Shown here: positions 1 to 10,720 of the stretch, piece after piece
Layout of the letters: every line of letters begins with the position of its first letter
How positions within the stretch are numbered: the first letter of the stretch is position 1
DNA from: an uncultured archaeon
Lineage (GTDB): Archaea; Iainarchaeota; Iainarchaeia; Iainarchaeales; 1-14-0-10-31-34
DNA length: 64,000 nt
Direction: 5' to 3'
Assembly (NCBI GenBank): GCA_964442255.1
Contig: CAYTYC010000001.1
Coordinates: forward strand, 2,526-66,525
Translations under genes and position numbers: made by a program
The notes under the pieces: generated by a model
What the model was told of the DNA's origin: nothing
The model's database searches: none
The model's input: the letters and a program-made list of their open reading frames with translations, nothing else

Positions 1-794
1 TCCTTACTTTTCCCCTTTTCTTTGGCTTCATGCTTGGGGACATCGGCTACGGCCTGGTGCTGTTAAGCGTTTTTTATTTCATTAGCAGAAAGGTTTCCGG
101 GGGGGCAAAAATGCTTCTCAAAACCCTGATGATTTCCGCTTTGGCCACAATAGGCTTCGGCTTTGTTTTCGGGGAATTCTTTGGGGCGGAAATAATCCAC
201 CACCCGTTGATTCACCGTTCGGGTGTTGAGTCAGTGAATTTGATGATAATGATTTCCCTTTTGGTGGGATTTGTGCACATTAACCTGGGCCTGCTGATTG
301 GCTTAATCAACAGGTACTGGCAGCACGGGTTAAAGCACGCGTTTTTTGAAAAAGGAAGCTGGTTTTTGCTTGAATTGGGGGTAATTCTTGTGGCAGCGGA
401 ATTCCTTGGCTTTTTGTCTGGCGTGATGGTTCCCGCCGCAGTTTTGGCGCTTGCATCCGTTTTCATGCTTTACAAGGGTGAAGGAATAAAGGGATTGATT
501 GAAATTCCCGCTCTCTTAAGCAATACCCTGAGCTACGCGCGTTTGTTTGCAATCGGCCTTGCTTCAGTGCAGCTGGCAGTCATAATAAACCGCTTTGCAG
601 GGGAATTCATGGAGGCAGGCGGGTTCATGGTAATTGCGGCGGTAATGGTTTTGGTGCTCGGCCACGGGGTAAACATTGCCCTCGGCCTTTTGGGCCCGTT
701 TTTGCATTCCTTAAGGCTGCATTACGTTGAATTTTTTACAAAATTTTTTGAGGGAGGGGGAAAGCCTTTTTCCCCTTTCGGTCAACAAAGATAA
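1..794 (+). CDS. atpI: A/V-type ATP synthase subunit I (a subunit), C-terminal part; gene starts upstream of window
   Basis: Multi-TM C-terminus with the conserved LSYARLFAIGLAS arginine-containing helix typical of V/A-type a subunits. Followed by atpK-E-C-F-A-B-D in canonical order. Confidence 0.6.
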   Translation, partial: LTFPLFFGFMLGDIGYGLVLLSVFYFISRKVSGGAKMLLKTLMISALATIGFGFVFGEFFGAEIIHHPLIHRSGVESVNLMIMISLLVGFVHINLGLLIGLINRYWQHGLKHAFFEKGSWFLLELGVILVAAEFLGFLSGVMVPAAVLALASVFMLYKGEGIKGLIEIPALLSNTLSYARLFAIGLASVQLAVIINRFAGEFMEAGGFMVIAAVMVLVLGHGVNIALGLLGPFLHSLRLHYVEFFTKFFEGGGKPFSPFGQQR

Positions 795-810
795 ACAGGA
801 GGTAAAAAAC

Positions 811-1047
811 ATGGTGGACTTTGGAACTGGATTGGTTGCAATCGGGGCAGGAATTGCGATTGTCGGAAGCGCTTACGCTGCTGCAGTGGCTGAAAAAGAG
901 ATTGGTTCGGCTGCGGTGGGCGCAATGGCGGAAAAAGAAGAATTGTTCGGAAAAGGCCTTATACTGACGGTTATTCCTGAAACAATCGTGATTTTCGGTT
1001 TGGTTGTCGCAATCCTCATAATTGGAATGTCAGGCGGCGCGGCATAA
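811..1047 (+). CDS. atpK: A/V-type ATP synthase proteolipid subunit K (c subunit)
   Basis: 78-aa Gly/Ala-rich two-helix proteolipid. ATG at 811 with AGGAGG Shine-Dalgarno at 797-802. Position in atp operon. Confidence 0.8.
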   Translation: MVDFGTGLVAIGAGIAIVGSAYAAAVAEKEIGSAAVGAMAEKEELFGKGLILTVIPETIVIFGLVVAILIIGMSGGAA

Positions 1048-1067
1048 GCCGGGGAGTTTAGTCTGGA

Positions 1068-1625
1068 ATGAGCCTTGAAGGATTAATTAAGGAAATAAAC
1101 GTTGACGCGCAGAAGAAAACCCGCGCACTGATTAGCCAGGGAAACAAAGAAGCGAAATCCCTGCTTAAGGAAGCTGATGAAAAAGCCTTCCGGCTAAAGG
1201 AAAAAGCATCCCTTCAGCTGAAAAAAGAGGTTGAGCAGCTGAAAAAAAGGGAGCGGGCTTCCATGGAGCTTGAGGCAAAAAAGCTTCACCTGAATGCGCG
1301 CAAAGAGCTTCTGCAGGAAGCAGTGGAAAAGGCAAAGGAAAGGCTTTCAAAAAGCAGGGAAAAGGAAAAAATCCTGAAATCGCTGATTTCCAGGGCAAAA
1401 AAAGAGCTTCCCTCCGCGAAATACGTTTACTCAAACAAGGAAGACAAGGCGTTAGTGCAAAAGCTTGCAAACGGCCTGGCGTACAGGGGAACAGTGGACT
1501 GCCTTGGGGGCGTGGTTTTGGAGGACAAGAAAGGGGAAGTAAGGGTGAATTACTCATACGAACTTTTGCTGGAGAAAATCCTTTCACAGCAACTTCATGA
1601 AATTGCAGGGAGGCTGTACAGGTAA
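1068..1625 (+). CDS. atpE: A/V-type ATP synthase subunit E
   Basis: 185-aa K/E-rich coiled-coil N-terminus and globular C-terminus. Operon position between K and C. Confidence 0.7.
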   Translation: MSLEGLIKEINVDAQKKTRALISQGNKEAKSLLKEADEKAFRLKEKASLQLKKEVEQLKKRERASMELEAKKLHLNARKELLQEAVEKAKERLSKSREKEKILKSLISRAKKELPSAKYVYSNKEDKALVQKLANGLAYRGTVDCLGGVVLEDKKGEVRVNYSYELLLEKILSQQLHEIAGRLYR

Positions 1626-2536
1626 TGCCCGCGGAAAAGGAATCAGGTTATGCCTACACCAACACACGCGTAAGGGTGAAGAAAAGCAGGCTTTTGGCTG
1701 AACAGGACTACCAAAAGCTGATGAAAATGTCTTTGCCGGAGATTGCCCGTTTTCTGGGAGAATCGGAATACAAAAAAGAAATCAGTGAAATGGGGGCAAC
1801 ACATTCCGGGGCGGACTTATTGGAGTACAGCCTGAACAGGAACATGGCGAACACCTTCAAGAAAATTCTCTCCTATTCAATAAAGGACGCGGAAAAGCAG
1901 GTGCAGTTTTACCTTGAAAAATGGGATCTCTGGAACATCAAAACAATTCTTCGCGGAAAATTTTCAGAAACCCCTGATGAAGGGATATTCAATGAACTCA
2001 TTCCGGCAGGAAAGTTTGATGAAGGGTTCCTGAAAAAAGTCATTTCCGAATCCGGGACAGTGGAGGACGCGGTTGAATGGTTCAAAAAAACCGAGTACTA
2101 TGGTTTATTGAAGGAGCATTCCGGAAATTTGGTGAAGTTGGAGGACAAGCTTGACAGGAAATACTTTGAAAAGTCACTGAAAGGCGCCTCGCCGGAGCTC
2201 AGGAAATTCATTGAAATGGACATTGCGGTAAACAACGCATTGGATTCCTTGCGCGCAAAAAAAGCCGAACTTCCCTATTCGCCAATTCCGGGGGGAGTGA
2301 ATGAAAAAAAGCTGAAATTTGATTCCTCAAAGGGGCTGGAGGAATTGAGGGTTGAATTAAGGGAAAAACTTGTGTTGTTTGGAAGAAAAATGCTTCACAA
2401 CTTCAAGAGAAACGCGGAGCCAATTATCGGGTATTTTATTGCAAAAGAAAACGAAATCCGCAATCTCAGGATTCTTGTGAGGGGAAAGCATTCAGGGCTG
2501 GATGCGGAGCTCATACAAAAACAGCTGGTGGCGTGA
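1625..2536 (+). CDS. atpC: A/V-type ATP synthase subunit C
   Basis: 303-aa helical protein. Start overlaps atpE stop (ATGA-style coupling). Operon position. Confidence 0.7.
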   Translation: MPAEKESGYAYTNTRVRVKKSRLLAEQDYQKLMKMSLPEIARFLGESEYKKEISEMGATHSGADLLEYSLNRNMANTFKKILSYSIKDAEKQVQFYLEKWDLWNIKTILRGKFSETPDEGIFNELIPAGKFDEGFLKKVISESGTVEDAVEWFKKTEYYGLLKEHSGNLVKLEDKLDRKYFEKSLKGASPELRKFIEMDIAVNNALDSLRAKKAELPYSPIPGGVNEKKLKFDSSKGLEELRVELREKLVLFGRKMLHNFKRNAEPIIGYFIAKENEIRNLRILVRGKHSGLDAELIQKQLVA

Positions 2537-2537
2537 A

Positions 2538-2834
2538 ATGCAGGTGGCAGTAATCGGAACAAACGATTTTGTGACAGGATTCCAGCTTGCGGGAGTGAAA
2601 AACACGTTTATTATAAACGAAAAACTGGAGGAAAAAATCGGTGAAGCGCTGGAAAAACAGGAAATGGGGGTTCTGGTAATGGACCAGGCCGATTTGGACA
2701 AAGCAACGCACAAAACCAAAAAAGCGCTTGAAAAGGTTGTCACTCCGGTTATCATAACCCTTTCACTTGAAGGAAGGGAATCAGACTTAAGGTCTTTAAT
2801 AAAAAAAGCGGTAGGGGTGGATCTATGGAAGTAG
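2538..2834 (+). CDS. atpF: A/V-type ATP synthase subunit F
   Basis: About 98 aa starting [20 protein letters not shown], typical of subunit F. The ORF-track start at 2502 is probably an over-extension. Confidence 0.7.
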   Translation: MQVAVIGTNDFVTGFQLAGVKNTFIINEKLEEKIGEALEKQEMGVLVMDQADLDKATHKTKKALEKVVTPVIITLSLEGRESDLRSLIKKAVGVDLWK

Positions 2835-4567
2835 CGGAAATTTACAGGATTTCAGGCCCTGTTGTAGTGGCCAAAGGCCTGAAGGCAAGGATGTATGATT
2901 TGGTGAAGGTTGGAAAAGAGAAACTGATGGGGGAAGTAATTCAGATAGACGGCGAGAAGACAACCATACAGGTTTACGAGGACACAACCGGATTAAAGCC
3001 CGGAGAGCCGGTTGAAAATACGGGAATGCCGTTAAGCATTGAGCTCGGCCCGGGAATGCTTACCCAGATTTACGACGGAATCCAGCGCCCGCTGCCCGGG
3101 TTAAAGGAAAAAATGGGCGACTTCATAAAGCGCGGGGTTTTTTTGCCTGGATTAGACCACTCCAGGAAATGGGAATTCAAGGCAACCGCGAAAAAAGGCG
3201 ACAAGGTTTCCGGCGGAGACGTGCTGGGGACAGTGCAGGAAACAAAAAACATTGAGCTGAAAATTTTGGTTCCCCCGGAAATGTCCGGCACAATTAAATC
3301 CGTTTCCTCCGGAAAATTCACTGTAGAAGAAAAAATAGCCGAACTGGACAACGGTGAAAAGCTTTTTCTCGCCCACAAGTGGCCGGTGAGAAAGCCGCGC
3401 CCATGCAAGCAAAAGCTTATGCCCGAAATTCCGTTGATTACGGGGCAAAGAATTTTTGACACGCTGTTTCCGATGGCAAAAGGCGGGGCAGGCGCAATTC
3501 CAGGCCCTTTCGGGAGCGGAAAAACGGTTTCCCAGCACCAGTTGGCGAAATGGTCTGACACAAAAATTGTTGTATACATTGGCTGCGGTGAACGCGGAAA
3601 TGAAATGACTGAAGTTTTAACCGATTTTCCCGAGCTTCAGGACGTTAGGACAGGAAGGCCTTTAATGGAGCGCACTGTGCTTATCGCAAACACGTCCAAC
3701 ATGCCTGTTGCAGCGCGCGAAGCTTCAGTGTACACGGGAATGACAATCGCGGAATACTACAGGGACATGGGAATAGACGTTTCTTTGATGGCTGATTCCA
3801 CTTCCAGGTGGGCAGAGGCAATGAGGGAAATTTCTTCTCGTTTAGAGGAAATGCCCGGGGAAGAAGGCTATCCCGCTTACCTTGCCGCCCGGCTCTCCGA
3901 GTTCTATGAAAGAAGCGGAAGGGTGAAATGCCTTGGAAAAGAGGACAAAACAGGCTCTGTCACTGCGGTTGGAGCCGTTTCCCCTCCGGGAGGAGACTTT
4001 TCCGAGCCGGTAACCCAAAACACATTAAAAATAACTAAAGTGTTTTGGGCGTTGGACGCAAAGCTTGCCCAAAGAAGGCACTTTCCATCCATTAACTGGC
4101 TTGAGTCCTACACGCTTTACAGCGAAAACCTCAGCAAATGGTTTTCGGAAAACGTTGCCGGGGACTGGGATGAAGTCAGGGGAGAGGCAATGAACATTCT
4201 CCAAAAAGAAGCCTCACTCCAGGAAATCGTGCAGTTGGTTGGCTCGGATGCATTACCGGAAAGGGAGCGCCTTACCCTGGAGATTGCAAGAATGATCAGG
4301 GAAGGCTTTCTCCAGCAGAACGCCTACCATGACGTTGACTCCTTTTGCAGCCTGAAAAAGCAGTACGGAATCCTCAAGGGAATCCTTGGCTATGGAAAAA
4401 AAGCCAACAAGGCGGTTGATTTGGGTGCAACCGTTGAATCGGTTTCAGACCTTCCCTCAAAGGAAAAAATCACGAAAGCCTGGTCAATCAGGGAAGACGA
4501 TTTCGGGAAAGAAATGGAAAAAATAAACAAGCAAATGGAAGACGACTTCAAGAAAGTCGCGGTTTAA
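2825..4567 (+). CDS. atpA: A/V-type ATP synthase catalytic subunit A
   Basis: 580 aa. Walker A GPFGSGKT, non-homologous insert region, and the [26 protein letters not shown] motif. Confidence 0.9.
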   Translation: MEVAEIYRISGPVVVAKGLKARMYDLVKVGKEKLMGEVIQIDGEKTTIQVYEDTTGLKPGEPVENTGMPLSIELGPGMLTQIYDGIQRPLPGLKEKMGDFIKRGVFLPGLDHSRKWEFKATAKKGDKVSGGDVLGTVQETKNIELKILVPPEMSGTIKSVSSGKFTVEEKIAELDNGEKLFLAHKWPVRKPRPCKQKLMPEIPLITGQRIFDTLFPMAKGGAGAIPGPFGSGKTVSQHQLAKWSDTKIVVYIGCGERGNEMTEVLTDFPELQDVRTGRPLMERTVLIANTSNMPVAAREASVYTGMTIAEYYRDMGIDVSLMADSTSRWAEAMREISSRLEEMPGEEGYPAYLAARLSEFYERSGRVKCLGKEDKTGSVTAVGAVSPPGGDFSEPVTQNTLKITKVFWALDAKLAQRRHFPSINWLESYTLYSENLSKWFSENVAGDWDEVRGEAMNILQKEASLQEIVQLVGSDALPERERLTLEIARMIREGFLQQNAYHDVDSFCSLKKQYGILKGILGYGKKANKAVDLGATVESVSDLPSKEKITKAWSIREDDFGKEMEKINKQMEDDFKKVAV

Positions 4568-4617
4568 GGAAACGGAGAAAAAGCGTGAAAAGGAGGATAC
4601 TGTGAGGTGATTGCTGA

Positions 4618-7212
4618 ATGAAGGAATACAAGACAATTTCAAGGATTGCCGGTCCGCTGGTGTTTGTGAAAAAAACCGGGCCCATTGGCTACGGTGAACT
4701 GGTTGCAATAAAACTCGGGGATGGAAGCGTGAAAAAAGGGCAGGTGCTGGATTCCAGTGAGGATGTTGTTGTTGTGCAGGTTTTTGAAGGCACTTCGGGA
4801 ATTGACAGGCAAAGCGTGGTGAGGTTCACCGGCGAAACAATAAAGTTAAGCGTTTCAAAAGAGCTTTTGGGGAGGGTTTTAAGCGGAATGGGAGAACCCA
4901 TTGACAATGGCCCCGAAATTGTGCCTGAAGAGAGAAGGGAAATAATAGGCGCCGCAATAAACCCTTACAGCAGAGCTGCCCCAAGGGATTTTGTGGAGAC
5001 CGGGGTAAGCACTATTGACGGAATGAACACCCTGGTTAAAGGGCAGAAGCTTCCGATTTTTTCAGGTTCGGGATTGCCGCACAACGACATCGCGCTCCAA
5101 ATCGCAAGGCAGGCAAAAATTGAGGGAAAATTTGCCGTCATCTTTGCCGCAATGGGCATAACCAGCGAGGAAGCGCAAAAATTCCAGAAAGACTTTGAAC
5201 GGACAGGCGCACTGGAAAGGACAATAATGTTCCTGAACCTTGCGGACGACCCGGCAATTGAAAGGCTTATCACCCCGAAAATGGCGTTAACCGCTGCGGA
5301 GTACCTGGCGTACGAGCACGACATGCACGTGCTCGTGATTTTGACGGATATTACCAACTACTGCGAAGCATTGCGCGAGATTGGGGCTGCAAGGGAGGAA
5401 GTGCCTGGACGAAGGGGTTATCCGGGTTATATGTACAGCGTAGACGGAAGCAGAAACATCGTTGTTCAAAACCAAGAAAAAGAAATACAGGTTTTGCCTA
5501 TACGGGATTTTTTCAAAAAGATGGGTGAAACAAATAAGGTGAAAAAGAGCAAAGATGGCTGTGTTGAGAGAATCAAGGCAAATGATGGCGGCAGGGGCAG
5601 TAGTAGCTGGAAAGCATTAAGTTCACTTAAGGATGGCACAACCGTGTTTAGGCCAATAAAGCAAGCAATAAGACACAAGTACAAAGGAATGATGTGTAAA
5701 ATAACAACTCAAGCAGGCGAAACTGTTGTAACTCCAAACCACAGTGTTTTCACCGTGGATGGAAAAAAAGGCATTATCCCGGTTAGCGCTGAAAAATTAT
5801 CCCCCGGGAATTTATTGGTACACATTCATAACCTTCCCCCGGAGGTTAAGACAGCCCCTGGCAATAAATTAAGCGTGGAGCTGGCAAGATTGGCTGGCTA
5901 TTATGTGGCGGAAGGCCATGCCATTAAATATCTGGATAAGGAAAAAAACTGCTGGTGTCATTATATAAAAATTGACAATAATTCAAAGGAAACTATTGAT
6001 GACGTAGTAAATTGTTATCAAAAGGAATTTGTCTCAAAGCCATCAGTCTTTGTTTCAGATAAACGTTCTGGAACTATGCGGACTTCTATTGGGGGAAAAA
6101 AATACTATGACACCTTTGTGGGCGAGCTTGGTTGCGGCTACAATTCTCGTAATAAAAATATCCCGCAGCAGGTGTTCTCTGCAGAACCAGAGGTTCAACA
6201 GGCTTTTTTTGATTCTTATTATGCTGGTGATGGGAAAGAAACAGATAACCGTTACAATATAAAGCAGCATGATATGGTTACTGTTAGTCCCGGGCTCAGG
6301 GACAGCCTCATGCTTCTTTCAAGGCAGTTATACCCAAAAAGAATCCCCACATTATACAAATGGAAGGGCAGGGATGCTTGGAAAGTTTATCTTTCAACGT
6401 ATCTCAAAGGAAAACACGAAGTCATTAATGATGTTATAGCAACAGAGATAAAGAAGATTGAGTTTGTTGAGCCCACTGAACAATACGTGTATGATCTCAG
6501 CGTTGAAGAAACCCAAAATTTTGTGGATGCTTGTGGTAATGTGTTGTTGCATAATACAGACCTTGCGTCCATTTACGAAAGGGCGGGCCTGATAAAGGGG
6601 AAAAAGGGCTCTGTCACACAGCTCCCGATTCTCACAATGCCGGGCGACGACATAACCCACCCGATTCCGGATCTCACAGGCTACATTACGGAAGGGCAGA
6701 TTGTTCTGGGAAGGGATTTGCACATGAAAGGCATTTACCCCCCTGTTGACGTTTTGCCCTGCCTTTCAAGGCTGATGAAATCGGGGATAGGCGAAAAAAA
6801 CACCCGGGGCGACCATAAAGCAGTTTCAGACCAGATGTATGCGGCCTACGCTGAGGGAAGGTCGCTGCGAGGGCTTGTTGCGATTGTGGGGGAAGAAGCC
6901 TTAAGCGGCAGGGACCGAAGCTACCTCGTGTTTGCTGACCGCTTTGAACAAGAGTTCGTGAAGCAAGGAAAACAGGAAAACCGCGGCATAAACGAAACAC
7001 TTGATTTGGGGTGGAAACTTCTCGGGGTTCTGCCGAAAACAGAGCTCACAAGAATTGAGGACTCGCTGATAGCAAAGTACTGGAAGCCGTCGGAAGAGCT
7101 GCTGAAAAGGCAGAAAAAAAAGGAAGGCGAACAAGCGGAGCAAAAATCAGGCGAAAAAAAGGAAGAAGAAAAAATTGAAAAAGAGCTGAAGGCAACGGCA
7201 AAGGAAAAGTGA
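4618..7212 (+). CDS. atpB: A/V-type ATP synthase subunit B, interrupted in-frame by an intein; K/E-rich C-terminal tail
   Basis: Extein sequence matches the B subunit (...[10 protein letters not shown] | [11 protein letters not shown]...). 864 aa against about 460 expected. Extra 373 aa bounded by Ser...HisAsn/Thr. Confidence 0.9.
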   Translation: MKEYKTISRIAGPLVFVKKTGPIGYGELVAIKLGDGSVKKGQVLDSSEDVVVVQVFEGTSGIDRQSVVRFTGETIKLSVSKELLGRVLSGMGEPIDNGPEIVPEERREIIGAAINPYSRAAPRDFVETGVSTIDGMNTLVKGQKLPIFSGSGLPHNDIALQIARQAKIEGKFAVIFAAMGITSEEAQKFQKDFERTGALERTIMFLNLADDPAIERLITPKMALTAAEYLAYEHDMHVLVILTDITNYCEALREIGAAREEVPGRRGYPGYMYSVDGSRNIVVQNQEKEIQVLPIRDFFKKMGETNKVKKSKDGCVERIKANDGGRGSSSWKALSSLKDGTTVFRPIKQAIRHKYKGMMCKITTQAGETVVTPNHSVFTVDGKKGIIPVSAEKLSPGNLLVHIHNLPPEVKTAPGNKLSVELARLAGYYVAEGHAIKYLDKEKNCWCHYIKIDNNSKETIDDVVNCYQKEFVSKPSVFVSDKRSGTMRTSIGGKKYYDTFVGELGCGYNSRNKNIPQQVFSAEPEVQQAFFDSYYAGDGKETDNRYNIKQHDMVTVSPGLRDSLMLLSRQLYPKRIPTLYKWKGRDAWKVYLSTYLKGKHEVINDVIATEIKKIEFVEPTEQYVYDLSVEETQNFVDACGNVLLHNTDLASIYERAGLIKGKKGSVTQLPILTMPGDDITHPIPDLTGYITEGQIVLGRDLHMKGIYPPVDVLPCLSRLMKSGIGEKNTRGDHKAVSDQMYAAYAEGRSLRGLVAIVGEEALSGRDRSYLVFADRFEQEFVKQGKQENRGINETLDLGWKLLGVLPKTELTRIEDSLIAKYWKPSEELLKRQKKKEGEQAEQKSGEKKEEEKIEKELKATAKEK
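5437..6555 (+). mobile_element. Intein (class 1, LAGLIDADG homing-endonuclease type) inside atpB
   Basis: N-terminal splicing block [10 protein letters not shown]. Block [14 protein letters not shown] (TxxH). Endonuclease motifs [10 protein letters not shown] and [12 protein letters not shown]-terminal VYDLSV...[13 protein letters not shown] followed by Thr(+1). Flanked by contiguous B-subunit sequence. Confidence 0.85.
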
Positions 7213-7217
7213 ATTAA

Positions 7218-7826
7218 ATGCCAACGGTTAAGCCCACGCGAAGCGAGCTGATAAAGCTCAGGAAAAAAATCAAGCTTGCCTCCAGCGGCCACTCTTTGCT
7301 GAAAAGGAAAAGGGACGGCCTGATAAAAGAGTTTTTCACTGTTTTGGAGGAAGCCAAGAAATCCAAGAGCAGGCTCGCGGAAATTTACCGTGACGCGAGA
7401 ATCAAGCTGGAGCTTGCGAGGGCGGTTGACGGCACAATTTCAGTGAAAAGCGCGGCAATGGCCTTAAAGCACAAAACTGAGGTGGGGGTGCAAACACGCA
7501 ATGTGATGGGAATTGTTGTCCCGAAAATACGGTCTGAATTTGAGGTGAAAGCCTTCTATGAACGCGGTTATGGAATAACCGGAACCTCTTCTTACATTGA
7601 TGATTCAGCCGAAGCCTACGAGGAAGTTTTAAAGAACGTGATTGTTGCAGCTGAAATTGAAAACACTTTGCGGAAGCTTTTGGTGGAAATAGACAAAACC
7701 AAAAGAAGGGTTAACGCATTGGAGTTCCGTGTAATCCCTAACATGGCGGAGGAAGCCAAATTCATCCAGATGCGCCTGGAAGAAATGGAAAGGGAAGACA
7801 TTTTCCGCCTGAAAAAGTTAAAATAA
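7218..7826 (+). CDS. atpD: A/V-type ATP synthase subunit D
   Basis: 202-aa coiled-coil central stalk protein. Operon position after atpB. Confidence 0.8.
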   Translation: MPTVKPTRSELIKLRKKIKLASSGHSLLKRKRDGLIKEFFTVLEEAKKSKSRLAEIYRDARIKLELARAVDGTISVKSAAMALKHKTEVGVQTRNVMGIVVPKIRSEFEVKAFYERGYGITGTSSYIDDSAEAYEEVLKNVIVAAEIENTLRKLLVEIDKTKRRVNALEFRVIPNMAEEAKFIQMRLEEMEREDIFRLKKLK

Positions 7827-7847
7827 TTTTGCACCCCTTTTTACTTT

Positions 7848-8003
7848 ATGGAATGCGAAAAATGCGGTTCAACTGAACTGGAAAAGGAAAAATTCTCCTA
7901 CAAATGCAAAAAATGCGGTTTTGAGGGAAAAGTCCCCCGAAGGCAGTACACCTATCCTTTGGACGACGGAATAGGAAGCTACGCGAAAAAGAAAAGAAAC
8001 TGA
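7848..8003 (+). CDS. Small zinc-ribbon protein (CxxC...CxxC), 51 aa
   Basis: Own translation MECEKCGSTELEKEKFSYKCKKCGFEG... with two CxxC pairs. Not in ORF track (under 60 aa). Confidence 0.4.
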   Translation: MECEKCGSTELEKEKFSYKCKKCGFEGKVPRRQYTYPLDDGIGSYAKKKRN

Positions 8004-8254
8004 CTCAAGGTTTCTGCTTAAAACGCTGCTTGCTCGACGGAGTATGCGGGTTCTCATAAGCACGCAAACGAGCCTCCAGAAGAAGAATGCGTTGCTTGAG
8101 TTCCTTATTCTCTTGTATGAGCTTAAGCTCAAGCCAGTGTGCTTGTATTGGGAGGGCATGGCAACCTATTGAACAACCTCATATTTCCAATTTTCGGTTA
8201 GCAGTTACGACTCAAAGAAAGTTTTAAATACTCGTAAAGGCTTAAATAATTTCC

Positions 8255-8764
8255 ATGGCCGCGCTTAAGAAAATTTTCCTTGTTTCGCTTGTGCTGTTAA
8301 TAGCCTTTTTTGCCGTCATGTTTGTCAGCCTTCTTGCCCTCCCAAAAGGCGAAAAAACAACCCCTGAAAATTTGAAGTTTTCAGTTAAGGAAGCGCACAT
8401 TGAATGCTTTTCATATTTTGACGGCGACGTGGATACCCCCAGCCTCCTTGTTTCAACCGAGTTGACAAACCCTTCCGGAGGAAAACTCCCAACCATGGGA
8501 ATGAACCCTTACATGGTTAAATTGGTTGATTCAAGTGGAAAGGAATATGAATCACACCTGCTTGACGGATATGGTGATACATTTGTTTCAACCCGCGAAT
8601 GCTACTTTAAAGACGTTGGCCTTGATTCCGGTTATTATACGCTGATTTTTTTCCAGGTGGATTACTGGACAGAAAAAATCTTGTTTTATTCTGAGGAAAA
8701 GCTAGACGCTGAAGACCTGTTCAAGGAAAAAAGCAGGGAAGAAGTAATGGCGGAATGCGGTTGA
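8255..8764 (+). CDS. Hypothetical membrane-anchored protein
   Basis: N-terminal hydrophobic anchor followed by a globular domain. No recognisable family. Confidence 0.4.
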   Translation: MAALKKIFLVSLVLLIAFFAVMFVSLLALPKGEKTTPENLKFSVKEAHIECFSYFDGDVDTPSLLVSTELTNPSGGKLPTMGMNPYMVKLVDSSGKEYESHLLDGYGDTFVSTRECYFKDVGLDSGYYTLIFFQVDYWTEKILFYSEEKLDAEDLFKEKSREEVMAECG

Positions 8765-8765
8765 A

Positions 8766-9503
8766 TCAATTAATTTTCCTTATCTCCACTTTTGTCCCGA
8801 TTGGGGCCCTGAATTTCCTGAATGCGCTGTCGTTTTTCAGCGACACCTCCAGGGTGTCCGCGCTTCCCTCTATCAGGAAAGGCTTTCCTTTCGGCGCCGC
8901 TTCATAAGATGAGTAAAACGGCATTTTTACCCTGTACTTGCAGCACCTTACCTCAAACTCTTTTCCCCCAATTTTCGGGATTGTTGTCACAATGTTCCCA
9001 AACCTGTCAATCTTCACTATTTCCCCCTCGTTTTTTTTCCGGTGAAAATCCATTTCCACAAACTTTTTTTTAGTGGGCTTTCCTATGTCCTCCAATGGAA
9101 GCCCCCCCTCCAGTACCCCTGCCGCGACAGCAAACACGTCCCTTCCGTGAAAGGTTTTTGACGCCCCTTTGCAGCTTAATTCCACCGCATTTTCCACCCC
9201 GTCTTCCTGCATTGCCTTCCACATCAGCCCATTGTCCGGGCCGATGAAAAAATAGTTCTGCGTCTGCACGGCGATTGCCCTCCTTTTTCCCCCTACCCCC
9301 GGATCAACTACGCACAAAAAAATGGTTCCGTTGGGGTAAAACCGGCAGGTTTTCCACAAAACCCACGCCCCCTCCTTTATGCTGTGGGGCTGCACCTCGT
9401 TGAACAGGTTCTCGACAATCGCGTGCGAGCAGTTGCTGTAAATTACGCCCTTCATTGCGCCCAGCGCATCGGAGTTCCCGAAATCGCTTAAAACCGCTAT
9501 CAT
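8766..9503 (-). CDS. S-adenosyl-L-methionine hydroxide adenosyltransferase (DUF62, fluorinase/chlorinase-like SAM hydrolase)
   Basis: 245 aa with VVDPGVG motif and overall DUF62 architecture. Confidence 0.65.
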   Translation of the reverse strand: MIAVLSDFGNSDALGAMKGVIYSNCSHAIVENLFNEVQPHSIKEGAWVLWKTCRFYPNGTIFLCVVDPGVGGKRRAIAVQTQNYFFIGPDNGLMWKAMQEDGVENAVELSCKGASKTFHGRDVFAVAAGVLEGGLPLEDIGKPTKKKFVEMDFHRKKNEGEIVKIDRFGNIVTTIPKIGGKEFEVRCCKYRVKMPFYSSYEAAPKGKPFLIEGSADTLEVSLKNDSAFRKFRAPIGTKVEIRKIN

Positions 9504-9559
9504 TCAACTAAATAGAAAACCCGTTATATTTAAATCTTGCTTTGCCCTGAAAAAAAGGT

Positions 9560-10261
9560 ATGGGAAAATGGTTTCAGGAATTCAGCGAAAGGCTCGGCAC
9601 GAGGCTTTACTGGGACAGGGAAACGCTTGAGGAAAACAACAGGAGGTACAGCCGGTTCACCGGAATGATGGAAAAACACATTTCCCCCGGCTCCAGACTT
9701 CTTGAAACCGGCTGCGGCCCGGGAAAGCTTGCCGCCGCAGCCGCTTCAGTGGGATTCAATGTGACTGCAATAGATGTTGACGAAAAACTTTTGAAAGTTG
9801 CAAGAAAAAACTTTTCCGAATTCAATTTGAAAATAAAAACAATCAAACTCGATTTAAGGAATACATTAACTTATTTTGGGGAAAACTCTTTTGATGCGGT
9901 AACCCACGGCGGAGTTTTGGAGCATTTCCCGGAAAAAGAAATGAAAAACATTCTGGGCGAGCAGTTGAAGATTGCCCCGAAAGTTTTCTTTTACGTTCCA
10001 ATTGAAACGGAACACAACAAAAAACGTTTTTCAAAAAGAAAGCCGGTTGACTTAAAAATTCTCTGGAAAAAGGAAAAATGGATTGAGTTCCTGAAGGAAT
10101 TCAGTGTGCTTGAATTCTTTGAGGAAAGGCAAACAATGGACGTTCTGGTTGTTGCGCTGGGAAGGCAGCCGAAAGTTTTTTATACAACCAAACCCAATTT
10201 AATTTCATGTTCAAAAAATTCGGCGGACTCCGCACCCACCACCAGCTCACTTTTGCGGTGA
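9560..10261 (+). CDS. Class I SAM-dependent methyltransferase
   Basis: Motif I LETGCGPGKL and acidic motif II. Divergent from the DUF62 gene. The C-terminal 20 aa look like non-native read-through. Confidence 0.6.
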   Translation: MGKWFQEFSERLGTRLYWDRETLEENNRRYSRFTGMMEKHISPGSRLLETGCGPGKLAAAAASVGFNVTAIDVDEKLLKVARKNFSEFNLKIKTIKLDLRNTLTYFGENSFDAVTHGGVLEHFPEKEMKNILGEQLKIAPKVFFYVPIETEHNKKRFSKRKPVDLKILWKKEKWIEFLKEFSVLEFFEERQTMDVLVVALGRQPKVFYTTKPNLISCSKNSADSAPTTSSLLR

Positions 10262-10419
10262 TTGTTTCCGTTGCATTGATTTCCGTCTGGCGCGGCGTGT
10301 GGGGGCTGCTTGACATCTATCTCCTCCCGGGCAACTACGAATTAAGCCTCTGGGTTTCTTTGCTTGCAGGCCTGCTTGTTTTGGTTGTCTCCGGCTACGC
10401 GGTAAAGGAATTAATCTGA
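10207..10419 (+). CDS. Small two-TM membrane protein (70 aa), overlaps end of methyltransferase ORF
   Basis: Two clear hydrophobic helices. Overlaps the upstream ORF by 55 nt in another frame. Confidence 0.4.
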   Translation: MFKKFGGLRTHHQLTFAVIVSVALISVWRGVWGLLDIYLLPGNYELSLWVSLLAGLLVLVVSGYAVKELI

Positions 10420-10542
10420 AAAAATTAATTTTTCTTCAAAAAAAACCCTTTTTTTACTGCAACATTTAAATTCAGGAATGCGCTACTCACTTTTAGTGCA
10501 TTCCGGTTTTTTGGATGCCTGCCGAAAAAGGAGGAATAAGAG

Positions 10543-10659
10543 ATGGCCGAAAGAAAGACAAGCAGAAAAAGCTCTTCAAGAAGAAGCTCAAGCTCTGAAG
10601 AAAGAAAAAGCTCAAGAAGCAAAAGCAGAAAAAGATCAAAAAGCAGAAGCAGGTAAGCA
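10543..10659 (+). CDS. Micro-protein, 38 aa, extremely basic and Ser/Arg/Lys-rich (MAERKTSRKSSSRRSSSSEERKSSRSKSRKRSKSRSR)
   Basis: Strong SD AAGGAGG 8 nt upstream of ATG. Paralogous unit at 11189 with homologous 5' and 3' flanks. Overlaps ORF-track ORF 10478..10687 in a different frame. Confidence 0.4.
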
Positions 10660-10720
10660 CGGCTTATTTTTGTTTTTTGCGCTTTGATTTTTGCCCTAAT
10701 TCTTTCCTTTTTTTATTCTG

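Noticed and set aside
3070-3579. Antisense and alternate-frame ORFs inside atpA and atpB (for example 3070..3579, 4965..5357, 6686..7000) and similar ORFs inside other well-supported genes
   Set aside because: They overlap strongly supported genes and have skewed, non-protein-like composition. They are typical spurious six-frame ORFs.
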